The notes under the pieces: generated by a model
The model's input: only the letters and a program-made list of their open reading frames with translations
Database searches by the model: none
What the model was told of the DNA's origin: nothing
Source of the DNA: Lytechinus pictus
Taxonomy: Eukaryota
Direction: 5' to 3'
DNA: 64,000 nt
Assembly: GCF_037042905.1 (NCBI RefSeq)
Contig: NC_087248.1
Coordinates: forward strand, 17,360,001-17,424,000
In this document: positions 14,601 to 28,329 of the stretch, piece after piece
How positions within the stretch are numbered: position 1 is the first letter of the stretch
Layout: each line of letters opens with the position of its first letter
Translations under genes and position numbers: made by a program

Positions 14601-16186
14601 GGACAAATACCGCGAATCGCTGCAGCAGTCGCATGTAATTTGACGTTTAAAGTCGTTCCTAAAAAAGCTCTCTCTCGATCGATCCACATAAACACGCAAC
14701 ACAAAATTCACATTCACGTGTTTAGTTGCCAGGTTCCTCGCATCGCAATTATCAATGAATTTAACAAAACAACTCAATCTGCAACATAATTTAACTTACC
14801 TTCATGGATTTCAGCCAAGGGGATTAAATTCAATCAACATGTATCCGAACCCGCCACCAAATATATCGAGCCGATATCCACAGTTCTGAAAAATAAAAAT
14901 GCGCCTGACATGTTTTTTTTTCCCGCGGGTTGTTTGTTTTGTTTTTCCTCGCGACGCGCGCAAGACAAAAGTTTGATGACACGCGTATTTAAATGACGTC
15001 CTAGCGCATTTATTGTCTCTCACCAATAGTCTGGTTTTTGCGCGACGCCACATTATATTTCAAACCGGGCTAATCATAATTCGCGAAACAATAATTGAAG
15101 AACTGAAAATGTTGCCATCCAAATTTATTCTTGTCCGATGAGCACTTTAACTGAATGGTCTAGACTGACATTTGGTTTACAATATAATTTATAAAAAAAA
15201 ATCAAACTTGGAGAAATTGGAGGGGGGCGATCGATTCCCTATACACACGAGAATATGCCCCCCATACCCCACAGGATCGCGCCAATGTCTTCATCCGTAC
15301 CCTCTGCGATGTCTACCTTGACCATAACACGAATCTTTCATCTTCTCTCAATGTTTGTATGTCTCGGTTTCCTATGTTGTTCCTTGGCATTATTCGCAGG
15401 TCAATTAACGTATATGAGACGGAGGTGCTACAATAAACCCGCGCTAAACATGAAAATAAACCCCGATGATTATGACAGACAAAAAGTTGAAGTTCGGCAT
15501 GCCTTATGTTTTTGCCAGCATCTATCGGATGTTGCCCCTACTCTTTATTAACATCATGTCTCCCCAGTCATGTCCGTGTGCCGTAAGCTATGAGGGAGAT
15601 AAAAAGAGAGGGAGAGGGGAAGGGGGGTGGAGGGAAATGGAGGGAGAGAGAGCGAGAGAAGGGGGTCGTGATGGCTCCCTCCCGTTGGGTATTTGCTGAC
15701 TGCCGACACCCCTTTCCTTCCTCCCTACATCCCTAAGCCACAAAGCTAAGGGAAAGAAAGCACCATCTCACAGCCAAGTTAAAGAGGCCCCCTGGAGGGA
15801 ATGTGACTATGGAAACCATTAAAGTTCGAAGTGGCATTCTCAACCAGAATATTGGATTTTTCCCCCTCAGCAGTTTAGTACAACAATCGACAAAGTACAT
15901 CGTAGACATTGCCATGTACATGCTATTATTAATATTATTCAAAAATATTGGAGTAAAAAGGTTCTTAACTGAATTGACAGTCATCTTATGTATGTAATCA
16001 TGATAATGCACTAGAGTGTATAAACAATCACAATATGTTCATCGTAACCAAGGTATTCTATCATGGGGAGAACATTACTTTTAGTTTTCTTTTGTGGACC
16101 TACACACAACACACATACAGACATACCCTCACCCACCCTCTCTCATTTTATCTCTCTCTCTCCCCTCCCCTCTCTCACTCTCTCCA

Positions 16187-16830
16187 GAGAAAACGCTTAA
16201 ATGCTTTCACCCATTTTTTTTATAGTTTACTTTACTTTTTTATTTTGCTCTCTATCTGTTACTAGTTAGTATGTCTTTCTGTGTGCGTGTGTGTGTGCTT
16301 GCGTCTCTCTTTCTCTCCCTTTGTCCCTCCCTACCCCCCCCCCTCTCTCTCTCTCTCTCTCCTGAGAAAACGCTTAAATGCTTTCACCCATTTTTAATAG
16401 TTTACTTTACTTTTTTGTTTGTTTTGCTCTCTGTCTGTTAGTATGTCTTTCTGTGTGCGTGTGTGTGTGCTTGCGTCTCTCTTTCTCCCCCTTTGCCCCT
16501 CCCTACCTCCCTCTCTCTCTCTCTCCTGAGTAAACGCTTAAATGCTTTCAGCCATTTTTTTTTTAGTTTACTTTACTTTTTTGTTTGTTTTACTCTCTGT
16601 TAGTATGTCATGGTGTGTGCGTGTGTGTGTGATTGCGTCTCTCTTTCTCTCCCTTTGTCCCTCCCTACCCCCCCCCCCTCTCTCTCTCTCTCTCTCCTGA
16701 GAAAACGCTTAAAATGCTTTCACCCGTTTTTTATAGTTTACTTTACTTTTTTGTTTGTTTTGCTCTCTGTCTGTTAGTATGTATTTCTATGTGATTGTGT
16801 TTGTGCGTGTGTCTCTCTTTCTGCCCCTTC
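16187..16830. repeat. Minisatellite, about 3.7 copies of a 164-177-bp unit containing GT and CT microsatellites
   Basis: GAGAAAACGCTTAAATGCTTTCACCC and variants start at about 16187, 16364, 16528 and 16699. Confidence 0.93.
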
Positions 16831-17319
16831 GTCATCCGATTAGGGATGGATGGGGGCGTGTGTCCCTGTATCTTAGCAGTCCCATCCCCTCATAATGATT
16901 GAAAGTCCATGGATATGACAGACCAGTGGTTTATCCTATCAAGACCAGCGCGAGCAGGTGCAGTCTGTGCCTAAGGATGGTGATGCCCACGATATGTCAG
17001 CGGGAATATAATTACACACGTGTTTACCGTGTGCTCAAAACTTGGCGCCTTTTTCTTTTTCACGGAGATAGGAAATCCCTCTCTCTCTCTCTCATTCCCT
17101 CCCTCCTTATTCCATACACACACACCCACACGCACGCACGCACACATACACAACCTCTCACAGTCAACCACACACACACACACACTATATTTCTGTTTAG
17201 AGCTTATATCGGTACATTTAATTCACAAACTGCAACGAATACCAGCATAATCATTGAAAATTATGTGTTTTTAAGCATAAGTGGATCAGATGAAGACAAT
17301 TTTACAATTCGTTATCCAT

Positions 17320-17417
17320 TAGATAGATAGATAGATCGATAGATAGTTGGATGGATAGATAGATAGAAAGTTGGATGGATAGATTGATGCAGGCATGGAT
17401 GATGATCGATAGATAGA
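17320..17417. repeat. (GATA/GGAT)n microsatellite
   Basis: Read directly from the sequence. Confidence 0.85.
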
Positions 17418-18210
17418 TTTCAAATAAAATAGACATTTACAATAATAATTCAGTTATTGGAAAAAAATGGCAAACAAAACGCAGAAAGGAATAGAAGGAG
17501 TATATAAGGATTGGAAAGGAGGAATCCACTGGCGCCTCCGGTTTCTATCTCCCTTCTACGACTCCCCGTGGAATAGTGTGGACTATTACCCGTTTGCTAG
17601 GGATAAATACCACCACTCTCCGGTTTTAAGTAGATTTCATCATTTCCTGTCACCACACTTGTGGTCTAAATGAGGACGGCTCTCCTCTCATTGAACCTAA
17701 GGGCCCAGGGAGTGCGTCCATACCGTTGTCAAACTATAGGCCTAATGCTGTAACAGTCGCACCAACGAGATCGACCCCAAACCGAATAGAGTTCTGACGT
17801 TATTCCGAATGACATCATTAATCGATCGGGTTGGAGTCGGTCCAGCTGGTGTGACCGTATCGATACAGAAAGCAAAGCTATGCAAAGGGAAGAAATTCAC
17901 CGTTTTATAGCCGTTTTGTAGCAGTTTCACGTACGTGTAGTAAATCCTTATTATAAAGAATACTAAATGGAGAAAATTCGCCGTTTTCTAGCCGGGTTCT
18001 TTCCCCAAAGAGCTAGAAAACGGTGTAAAAAGCCTATAAAAAGGGGTTGCAAAAGGATATAAAAAGGGGACACAAAAGGGCCAAAAACAGCTACAAAACG
18101 GAATAAGGCTCACTTATTTCGCCAAGATCCCGTTAAGCCTTCTAAGAATGAGTCATCCCCCCTAGTTTACTGATGCTGTGGCTGCTACCCCCCCCCCCCC
18201 AAAAAAAAAA

Positions 18211-18241
<31 letters not shown>

Positions 18242-21200
18242 CAAAGAAAAAAATGTATGGACATTGAAGTCTCTCTAATTTTTCAACCTAAAATTGCAGA
18301 AATACAAAATCTGGTATGGACGTGTTTTTATTTGGGACTCTGGTTCACCATTAAGATTAAGCTTCAATCAAGTCCTGATGGACTGGAATATTTGACGTCC
18401 AAATCCTAGAAAGGGTCACTGTAACTGTTTACCATGCTAACAATATATATATTGGCAAAGATTCGTTGAGTAAGGACGTATTTCTTAATATTTGAACGGA
18501 CAAAACTGCGTTGGTACATGTATGTCTGAAAATAATAATATTGTCATTTACTATACTGGAATCAAACCCAAAAATAATAATATATTCATTTACTATACTG
18601 GAATATAAAAAAATCAACTTATCTGTGACAGCCTTTTTAGGAAGAATGAATATGAAAATACATTGCTTTTGTACCTGAACTTTGAGTACATACTAGCGAA
18701 TGAGAAATGAGTTTAGGTAATTAAGTATTTTTTTTAATGCGATTGAGCTTTTGCCATTATTTCTATTATCAAAGATTGTTATTTGGTATGGTCATAATCA
18801 AGCAGTGTTGACAGATTAGCATGTAACCCGCACGTCTCGAAAATTATGAATCTTCACGATTCCCGTTGTAATTTTAAAAAAAAAAAAAACCTTAGCTTGA
18901 TGTGAAAAATAATCCTTTAAGGAATTAAAAAATTAAAGATAATTATGAAAGGAAATCAAATAAAAAATAAATATGGCAAAACAAAATATTGAGCCGGAGA
19001 TTTAATGTGGTGTAATTTCTAAAGAATGAACGAAAAGCCCCTAGATGAACCATTACTTCGCATCTTAAAGCTAACATAAAAATTGAAAGTCATCACAAAG
19101 CAATTTCCCGTGTTCCCTTTCCAAAGTACGTCATACTGTTATCCAAGAAAAATATGACAAATATGACAATTATGAAAGCACAGAAGATGATATCCTTAGC
19201 CCACCCACTAATAGATTTCCAATAAAAAGAAGCCCTCCCCTTCTATCCACACCGCCTGGGGCTAATGCTTGGTGACCAAGAACTTCAAAGATGGTCATCC
19301 TTCAATGTAGGAGAATTTGGGAGACCGTTATTCGAGTTGACAGACATGCCCCAGTCGTGTACTTAATTTCTACTCAAGTACCACAAGAAGCATGACGCGT
19401 TCCGAAAACCTTGCGCGAAGGCTCGCTTGCATGCCATTGCACTTTATACCGATTTGTGGATGAAATAGAAATTCTCCCATCTTAATACAATATTTCGACA
19501 CTGCTTTGCCCTATTTACTTTTTTCATAATCTGTAAGATGTTCTGAATTTTCTCGTTCGATTTGCTAAATTCATAATCTACTTTGAATGCAAGTTTAAAT
19601 TACATGCCAATCCTTTTCAATTTACCATGCTCGCGAGCTTCCACACGCGCAATGTTCAAGTCACAAATTCCTGTTAATTGGGGGAATATATTCCAGATAT
19701 CCATATCCATATCCCATCTAATCTGGACCTTTACCTAGCTTCGTGTTCTCAAGAGATTTTCAATTTATTCAGTATTTTCGTATATTTCTATTTTCAAAAT
19801 AATTGAAAATGCTGATTGCCTGCATCTTCTACCGACCAAGGCAAACAATTTTACCATCTAAGGAAGATAGAAGGAGAGAAGAAGAAGAATTGATGAGAGT
19901 AGGTGAGAGGGATAGGGAAATAAAAAGTGTAACAGAGCGAAAGTGGGTAATGGACATGGAAAGAAAGATCTAAGATGGGAAAAGCGGGGGTGGGGAGAAA
20001 AGGGAGATCGAGGGCAGTTCTGGGGGCATTTCAAAAAGAGATTATAATAATAGGTCATTGATTTTCACCAATTTATGTAATAAGCTACTGAAAATCCTTG
20101 TATCCGATTGGCTCAGACCATATAACGAAGTCGGTGAATATCACTCGGGAAACCCTTCATAATTAATGCTCCCCGGAATGACAGGTGTAGAATAAAGGTG
20201 TATAGCAAGTATAAAGAGACAGGGAATAGACATGTAGTAAGGTATGAAATAGAAAACGAAGATAATATGGGTCAGGTTACACAGAGAAACGATTATCATG
20301 ATGATAATAAACAAATCGTGAGCAAATGCTTTACAATTTACATGTTTTATAGAACTAGGATGTTATTGACAGTTTCCATAATCATCCTCATCCGATCTGA
20401 TCGGAATAGGATTGTACCCACTTTCTTGCGCCAAACCAAGGCCAAACTGTCACTGAATGAACTAGCCTGTGTTTTAATCTCGATGAAGCCTTCCAGTCCT
20501 CACACACTCAAGAGACCAGAACCAATTAATCAGAGACTAAGCCCATCCTCTTCTGTCTCCCGCTCTCATCTTAAGATCCAAAGTGTCGCCAGAGGAAAGC
20601 GGGTGTCGAGGGTGTCACACTTAAAATAAAAAAAAAAGAAATAAGCTAATGAATTGTGTTCTGCAGACAACACGGTCATTTTTGCTATTTTGGGATAGCA
20701 CATGCTCAAACCAGATTCTAAGAACGATTGTATTATTTTTTTTAATCTAGCGGGAGAACCCATTCTGATGATGCTTTATTTTTCATTTCATTTGCCTCCA
20801 TGATCCTGAAACCATTCCCTAATTTTAGATATTTCAAATGAAATGGTCATATCTAGACATGCCGCAGGCAAGTGTTATTAATCTTTGTAAACAGGGCAGG
20901 GTCGTCATAATTCACGCGGTTTGCAGACTGGTTATAGATTATTTATACAGCTCTTTGATTTTTACAGCGAAATCGCGCGGGAAATACCATGTGCGGATCT
21001 TGCAGGGAGGATTTGGCGGACCCCCAAAGGGCCACTAACAAAATAATTGCGGACGATTTTAAGGGCTATAGGACAACAAAACTATTTTTCTTTCGTAGAG
21101 GATAATTACGTAATCTTGATATAAACAGCATTTGAACATACCACCAGTTATAAGGCCTCCACACGATCCAGCAAAATGTGATTTCTCTTGGGAAATCATC

Positions 21201-23017
21201 GCAATTGGTAAACGTTAATTCAACTCCGGGGGTACCATAAGGCGCAAATGACACTAGGCTTTGTGAAGCTATATCAACTTTCTGGTAGACATACGTTCTA
21301 GGGAGAAGTGGGCTGTACTCACAAATCAAGAATGCTTTGACCATAAAATGTTAGGGACTCGAGATTGAATGTTAATAAGTCATGATACACTTTCTTTCTG
21401 GGACAACGTTAAGAACCTGGAGCGTATAATAACAGACGTAACAACACGAACGAGACTAGATGACGGAGAATGTATACAGAAGATTGACATAGCCGGATAA
21501 TGAAACAATGTTAAAAATAGAGAGATCGAGAAATTGGGAGACATCACAGAGCGGAAGGAAGATGAAGACAAACGTTTCAATGAAATTGAAAAAAAATATG
21601 GAAAATAACAATAATATAGAATTACAGATAATCAGAAACGATATAGGGGAAGAAGACAGACATGACATAGACAAACGATAATAAAGAAGGGAACATGATT
21701 GGCAGAGAGAGGTAAGAATGTAGAGAAGAATGAGAGCGAGCGAGAGAAAGATTGAGGGAGGATGAAAGAGAATGAAAGAAGGTAATTAACGGATTTTTTG
21801 TATGACTCATGATCATGCGTATGAAATTGATGTATTCTCTGTGCGCACGTTACATCATTCTTCCCCGCGACAACCCCCCCCCCCCCCCCTCATTACTCCT
21901 ACCGTCCTGGAAATGTTTGCTTCATTAATCATCATCATACGAAAATATGCACCGCCTTCCTTTATAAGGGTGGAAAAAGTTACCAAGAATGAGATTGTTC
22001 GAGGAAGGGTGAACTAATGATTCATGATCCAGACATTTTATCGATCTAATGTAGATGGCAACATATTGGGTTTTGGAAGTGAATACCAAAATTGATGGAT
22101 ATGAAAAAGAATTTTTCAGGGAGGGAGAAAAATATTGCACGTTACCAGGGTATAGATTGAAAGTCTTTTTGTCCCAGACTGATCACATGGCCTAGCTTCA
22201 AGATCAGTTACTTCGACAGTTCAAAGAGGGGCGCAAATTAAGGAAATAAAGATATTATTATTGATAGCTTTGAGTTGCAGAACTATGTATTTATTTTTTA
22301 CTGTTAAACCGAATGATTTCTCATTTTTACATAATTGTGTGCCTTAATCAGCATGAATTCCCAATACAAATAAAACTTTAGCTTGTGAGTACTGGATTCG
22401 AAAACAAAAAATGGTTCAGAGTGCGAAAACAGTGTAATAGCGATTGAATTCTATTTCGCAACAACGTCGATGGTGTAGTAACGGGATAAACCAAGTTTTA
22501 AAGCCGATCTTACTTTAAATGGTCTCCACACCATATAGTGTTTCTTCCCTGATTTCATATACAAACTAATAAACCCACACTCATCTGAGATGATGGTCAG
22601 CCGTTTTTCAATATGTTCATATCTTCGTTAGCTTTCCATTCTTCAATTTGACAAGCCATCTCAATAAATGGACATCACGTCTGCTACTAGCCGATAGCAG
22701 CTGCCCCAAATGTTTGAATGAATTACTCTCGTCTGCTCTGATCAACAAGCTGTCATAATTATTCCTACCCATGTACTGAGATAAAGGCTAAAATTCCATA
22801 TATGGTTTTTACAAAGCGTCAGCGTGTCGTTTAACCTCTTAATTTCTATATGAAAAAGTTCAATTGATTTCGATATGATATATATTAAGATTCCCAGTCA
22901 CGAAATAATATAAATGATAAAATATGATATTCCTTTAAAATATGCAGGACTGCATTTTTATAAATATAGAGGAATTCCTGTTTACAAAGTAGAGAGAGAA
23001 AGAAAATAAACTTGTAT

Positions 23018-23752
23018 CATGATCATCATCACTATCATCGTCATCAGCAGCAATGACCATCATCATCATTATCCTTGTCATTATCATAATCATCAGCATC
23101 ATCATCATCACCAGCATCATTACCATCATCATCATCATCATCGTCGTCATTATCGTCATAATCATCATTATCGTCATCATCATCATCACCATCAAAATCA
23201 CCATCATTACCAATATCGTCNNNNNNNNNNNNNNNNNNNNNNNNNNNNNNNNNNNNNNNNNNNNNNNNNNNNNNNNNNNNNNNNNNNNNNNNNNNNNNNN
23301 NNNNNNNNNNNNNNNNNNNNNNNNNNNNNNNNNNNNNNNNNNNNNNNNNNNNNNNNNNNNNNNNNNNNNNNNNNNNNNNNNNNNNNNNNNNNNNNNNNNN
23401 NNNNNNNNNNNNNNNNNNNNNNNNNNNNNNNNNNNNNNNNNNNNNNNNNNNNNNNNNNNNNNNNNNNNNNNNNNNNNNNNNNNNNNNNNNNNNNNNNNNN
23501 NNNNNNNNNNNNNNNNNNNNNNNNNNNNNNNNNNNNNNNNNNNNNNNNNNNNNNNNNNNNNNNNNNNNNNNNNNNNNNNNNNNNNNNNNNNNNNNNNNNN
23601 NNNAATCATCATCGTTACCGTCATCATCACCATCATTATTATTACCGTCATCATCATCGTCGTCATTATCATCATTGTCATTATCGTCATCATCATCATC
23701 ATCACCATCAAAATCACCATCATTACCAATATTGTCATTATCATCGTCACCA
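23018..23752. repeat. Degenerate (CAT)n microsatellite spanning an assembly gap (N 23221-23603)
   Basis: ATC/CAT triplets on both sides of the N run. Confidence 0.95.
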
Positions 23753-24515
23753 CCGCTCTCTCCACACTAAATGTCTTCGAATCAGTGATTACTTTTATTT
23801 ATTCAGTAAATAGATTAACAAAAAATACAAGTTACAATTTAGTTATTGGTTGTTTATTCCAAATAAATTTCAGAATTTATGAAAAAAACCAGACAGGGTT
23901 TCTTCATAATTTCTCATAAACCTATATCATCTTGGGACGGTGCAGATATTCGTTGGTGCATTATATCCTAATTGCTCGTCGTTTCTTAATAACATCGAAA
24001 TGTAATAGAAAGTGACAAGGACATGAAACTATTAACCCCTCAAATAGATCTGATAGATTAATTAGTGACACTCGAATATCAGGGAGTGAGTCTTGTACAG
24101 ACTTCACCCGCGGACAAAGGTCCATTAAGAGTTATAACAACTCCTTCGGCATACTGAGTTTGATCATCAGAAAACACCGCTCTATATTATTTCATTTTGA
24201 CAAGTTAATAGGTCTTAGACCTTGACGAATTTAATGAAGAGCGTCATTAAATCCGGCTGTTTCTCTCATTTTCATCTTCAATGACTACTTACTTCTTGGA
24301 GCCAGTCTTGATAAAAGACAGCAAAGGTCACCACATGAGGTCATGACCTTCTGACAAGGAAGATGAGACGCATTTTTAAAATGAACTCCTTGTTTCAGGA
24401 ATACATTTATTAAGGAAATGATCGTAGGTATTACACATAGTGATGGTTTCTTTATGAAAATGTAATATCTGTTGCTGTTAAAAAATTTCGAAGTTGATTA
24501 ATTTTTCAAAGTGAA

Positions 24516-24533
24516 CGGTTACCATGGTAACCG
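24516..24533. promoter_or_regulatory. Perfect palindromic RFX X-box motif
   Basis: CGGTTACCATGGTAACCG, an 18-bp palindrome containing GTTACCATGGTAAC. Function not demonstrated. Confidence 0.4.
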
Positions 24534-25553
24534 AACCTTTTTTAACGTGTCATTCCGCCTGCACTATATTTCAAGAGTTGCTCACATGACACGTATGACA
24601 TGCAGTATACATGCATTATTAACTTGACCCATGACAGTTTACTTGAATCCAATTTAGGAATACATCTCAGATGCATTAAGTAGCTGACAACAAAAGTGCG
24701 TTCCACTATTTCTCATATTTTTGGCAATTTAATGAAAATCGGGCTCTGGTTTTGCCTGTCGTGGTCATAAATAAGGGAATTTTATTGTGATTTGTTCGAG
24801 TAGTCGAACACTTATTAATGTTCTCCTTTCTTCCGTCCGGTTGCCCATGCACATGTTGTATCACAAGTCAGTGCCCCGCCATTATATTAAAAACGAAATG
24901 TCCCCAATTCGTAGAATTTCTGTAAATGCTTTCACGATCTTGCTTTTCTGTTTAAGTTTTATTATTTACCATTTGTCTTGAAATCCTTGCTTTCGTTCCC
25001 CCCCCCAAAAAAAAAGTATATATCTCCCTCTCTCCCCCACCCCTTTTCGCTCTCGCTCTCTCTTTCTTTATCCCTTTCCCCGTCTCTGCCTCTCTCTACC
25101 ACTCCCTCTGATCTATCTTTCGCCACTCTCCCTTCCCGATCTATATTTTCCTCTCGACTATCAAAGAAGAGACAATCATTCTTGCGATATTACCCATTAA
25201 TTTACCGCCAATAGATCATCACAAGCATTAAGATTCGCCGGACTGGCTCGGCTTGTGTCATAACAAAATAATTTAGCCACATTTTCCCTGAAGGCAAACG
25301 ATAAAATATTCATTCATGGTAACTTAAATGCTTCTATAACCAATATCCAGTATCTTCAAGTATGTATTCTCAAAATCAATAAGTCTCCATTACAACGGGG
25401 TGCTATTCGAAAATATTTCTCCGAAAACAGTCAGATATTTCTACGAATACATGATTAAAATATCGCTTATGTACTGACGTTATTATTTTCTTATTAATGA
25501 TTTAATGATACAATGCTAATATCATTTCGTTTTATTATTATTTTTATTTCCAG

Positions 25554-25814
25554 TTTGCGCTCAACTTCAACATGCAAACGGAATAGCAGCTGTGATCGGT
25601 CCTACGTCGACAGATGGCGCTCTTGCCGTGCGATCAGTGTGTAAAACGGTTGATGTACCACACATCGACACACGGAGACAGTTTGGAGGAATGGGGACAT
25701 TATCGAACACTATCAGCTTGTATCCCCATGCTACTTACATTAGTTCATTGTTGGTTGATATAGTGCAACATTACAAATGGCATAAGGTTACCGTCATGTA
25801 TGATGAAGATGAAG
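25554..25814 (+). CDS. GRIK2: Kainate-type ionotropic glutamate receptor, first coding exon found (ATD; gene is 5'-partial in this window)
   Basis: tttccag acceptor, G|GTAAGT donor, phase 1-1, 261 nt. (V)CAQLQHANGIAAVIGPTS...VCKTVDVPHIDT...SLYP...LVDIVQHYKWHKVTVMYDEDE resembles GluK2 ACDQL..GVAAIFGP...ICNALGVPHIQT...LYP...FFKWKTVTVVYD. The symbol means GRIK1-3 family co-ortholog, not strict 1:1 orthology. Confidence 0.93.
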
Positions 25815-27882
25815 GTAAGTTTAACGATTATTGGTATAGACCTTTCAAGTTATCAATGCCATCAGTTCTGAGAAATGAAAACTAAGAACCTCTTTCATTC
25901 CTTTGAGCTGATTTACATGTCTTCCTAGACGTAGACAGATTTTTATATCATGTTCTAAAATGCGGATTTGAGACGAAACGAAAAGAAAATATATACATTT
26001 TATACAGCAATACTCTTATGCGCAAGCGAATTACACTTTATTGCCTCATAACTGCGTCACCGAGGTTGCGTCACAAATTTAAAGATTCAGATTCATTTCG
26101 GTTTATTTGAAGAAAAAAATCCTCGTTAAAACCGTCGGGAGACTGATACAAACAAAAGTTACAAAATACAACATAAATTCAAAGTGATATAAGTGAAGCT
26201 AAATCGTGAAATAATGATAATAGTGAATGATTCAACGTGATATAGGCATATTGCACGACAGAGAAGAAGTTAGTCAAGAATTAAAGACGCCATTTTAAGA
26301 CGGACTTAGACGACAGACTCCCCCCCCCCTCACCCCTAGCCTTGCAGACGGCATTGTGTGACAAGGAAGCTTAATCACAAATTAATGATATAACAAATTA
26401 TGATTATCACGTTATATATTCCTACGAAGATGCAAGGTAGATAAACCTTTCACAATATTTTTTTATCTCCCTAGTTCCTTGCAAGAGTGGTCATGACCAA
26501 AAAAATGAAACCAAAATAAGGGCGTCGTGATGACTCTTTAAATTATGTTATATAGTGCCCAAAGGACATTCGACCGACCATCATTATTTTGGATGTTCAG
26601 AGAGGCCTTTATATATATAAAAAAACAACAACATATAAATGGATTTCCCACTAGACAATGTAATGATGAATTAAGGGAAATATCTTTAAAGAATTCATAA
26701 TGAATGTCGATTAATAAATCAACGACAATGTAATTCAGAATGTTAATTCATACAATGAGAACGTATGCAAGGAAAACGAGCAATCAGTATTACACGGTTA
26801 GCAAGCGGCTGCCGAAGGCTATGCACTCGGAGTGCGGCAATCACGAACCGACCGAACACCCTTCCATTTCGGCTGGTGGACCCTTAATTACATCTCGCTG
26901 ATTAGCGAAGGGTTTGGGGAGCTGAGCCGTCGCGGAGGATGAATGGAAATGAACGAGAGTTGTTTTAGGTTAATCCGAGGAGAGATGAATGGATGATGAA
27001 TGTTTGCCCTACTTTCTGTGTCTCAAGGGTGAATTGTTTTATATCCCGACTTCTAACATTAATTACTGTCATGGGAGACGAGTATGGAAATTCCACTCAA
27101 ACACGATCTAAATAAAAAACCACTGAGGCTAGTTGACGACTCATCATTTCACACTTGGCCCACTTACATTTTTGTACCCCTTGCCTTTCTTGCTCTACCC
27201 CCCCCCCTCCCCCCCCCCCCCCCCCCCCCGTTTAAGCGCTCTCTCTTTCTCTCTTCTACCTCTGTTTGTCTTTCCTATTGAACCCCCTTTAAGATCGTTT
27301 TAATAATCTCGTCTATCCATGCCTGTATGATGTAAAGTTAATGTTTAATTATTTTTATTTTCCTTAATTAGGCCTATTTACTCTCCATTTCTTTACAGCT
27401 TTTAATCATAGCTTTTTTATATCTGAAAATAATCTGGTCTGTTGCGTCTGCCAGTACTGCAGTGAAGAACACATTTCATTTAGCTTTTTTTCTATATTTT
27501 ATTTTCCTAATTAGTTGTTAATAATCATTACCCATTTATCACTTACCCCTGCTGTCCATTTTACTCGGTCAAGAACTTATACAGAAACAGTCTCCATTCG
27601 TCATCATTAATTATGATTTTGTTGATGTTCCTACCTTTTATGTAATTTTTAACAAGTTAATATAATAATTTGTTTACACAGGTCTAATGTCAGTATGAAA
27701 ATAATAAGAACGAAGTTCATGACAGATGCTCTTTTCAATTTTTACCATCCTCCTCATATATTGTTTTTACCATAATCAATATCCAATAAAATATATCTGG
27801 TTATCCTATAGTATCAACATAATAATGAGTTTTAGCTTTTGAAAATGGATTATTATTATTGATAGTGACATCCTGAAAAATT

Positions 27883-28077
27883 GGATAGCTCAGTCAACAG
27901 TCAATAGAGCGGGATTTCAGATTCCGGTAACCCAGGTTCGGTTCCCACTTGGTGCGCTAGTGCACTTTGGTAATGCATTAATCCTCATTACCAGGTCCCT
28001 CGGAGAGGACCTTAAGCTGTCAGTCCTCTGGTTGCTGGCTTAAAAGCATTCATGCTCTCTTAGCAATAAGGTAAAAA
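27883..28077 (+). mobile_element. tRNA-derived SINE
   Basis: A-box-like TAGCTCAG and B-box-like GGTTCGGTTCC, then a GTGCACTTTGGTAATGCATT core and an A-rich end. Not a complete tRNA cloverleaf. Confidence 0.75.
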
Positions 28078-28124
28078 CTCACTTCCATTTACTATTCTAT
28101 ATCGGGTTTTTTTTTCGTTTACAG

Positions 28125-28300
28125 CTTTAGAAAGACTCCAAGGAGTGTTTAAGTTATCTTCTAGCGTACACATGCAACTGAGTGTGGAGAGGATGAAAGG
28201 ATCCAATCACAAGACTATCCTGAAGAGAATAAAGACATCGGGCTCGAACCATGTCATCGTTGATTGCAAGAGAGAGACGCTTCCCATTCTGCTTGAACAG
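28125..28300 (+). CDS. GRIK2: Kainate receptor exon (ATD)
   Basis: tttacag acceptor, CAG|GTATAT donor, phase 1-0. (A)LERLQGVFKLSS...ILKRIKTSGSNHVIVDCKRETLPILLEQ resembles GluK2 GLIRLQEL...LLKEMKRGKEFHVIFDC...ILKQ. Confidence 0.92.
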
Positions 28301-28329
28301 GTATATGATCTATTCATTAATTAAAACCC

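Noticed and set aside
21066-21344. ORF containing LLPRTYV, resembling the missing ATD exon motif LLP.T.L
   Set aside because: It is on the wrong strand and has no other conserved ATD residues.
22935-23919. Long His-, Ile- or Met-rich ORFs (also 62910-63480)
   Set aside because: Translations of (CAT)n microsatellites running through N gaps.
27883-27960. tRNA gene
   Set aside because: A and B boxes are degenerate, there is no full cloverleaf, and it continues into a SINE body.
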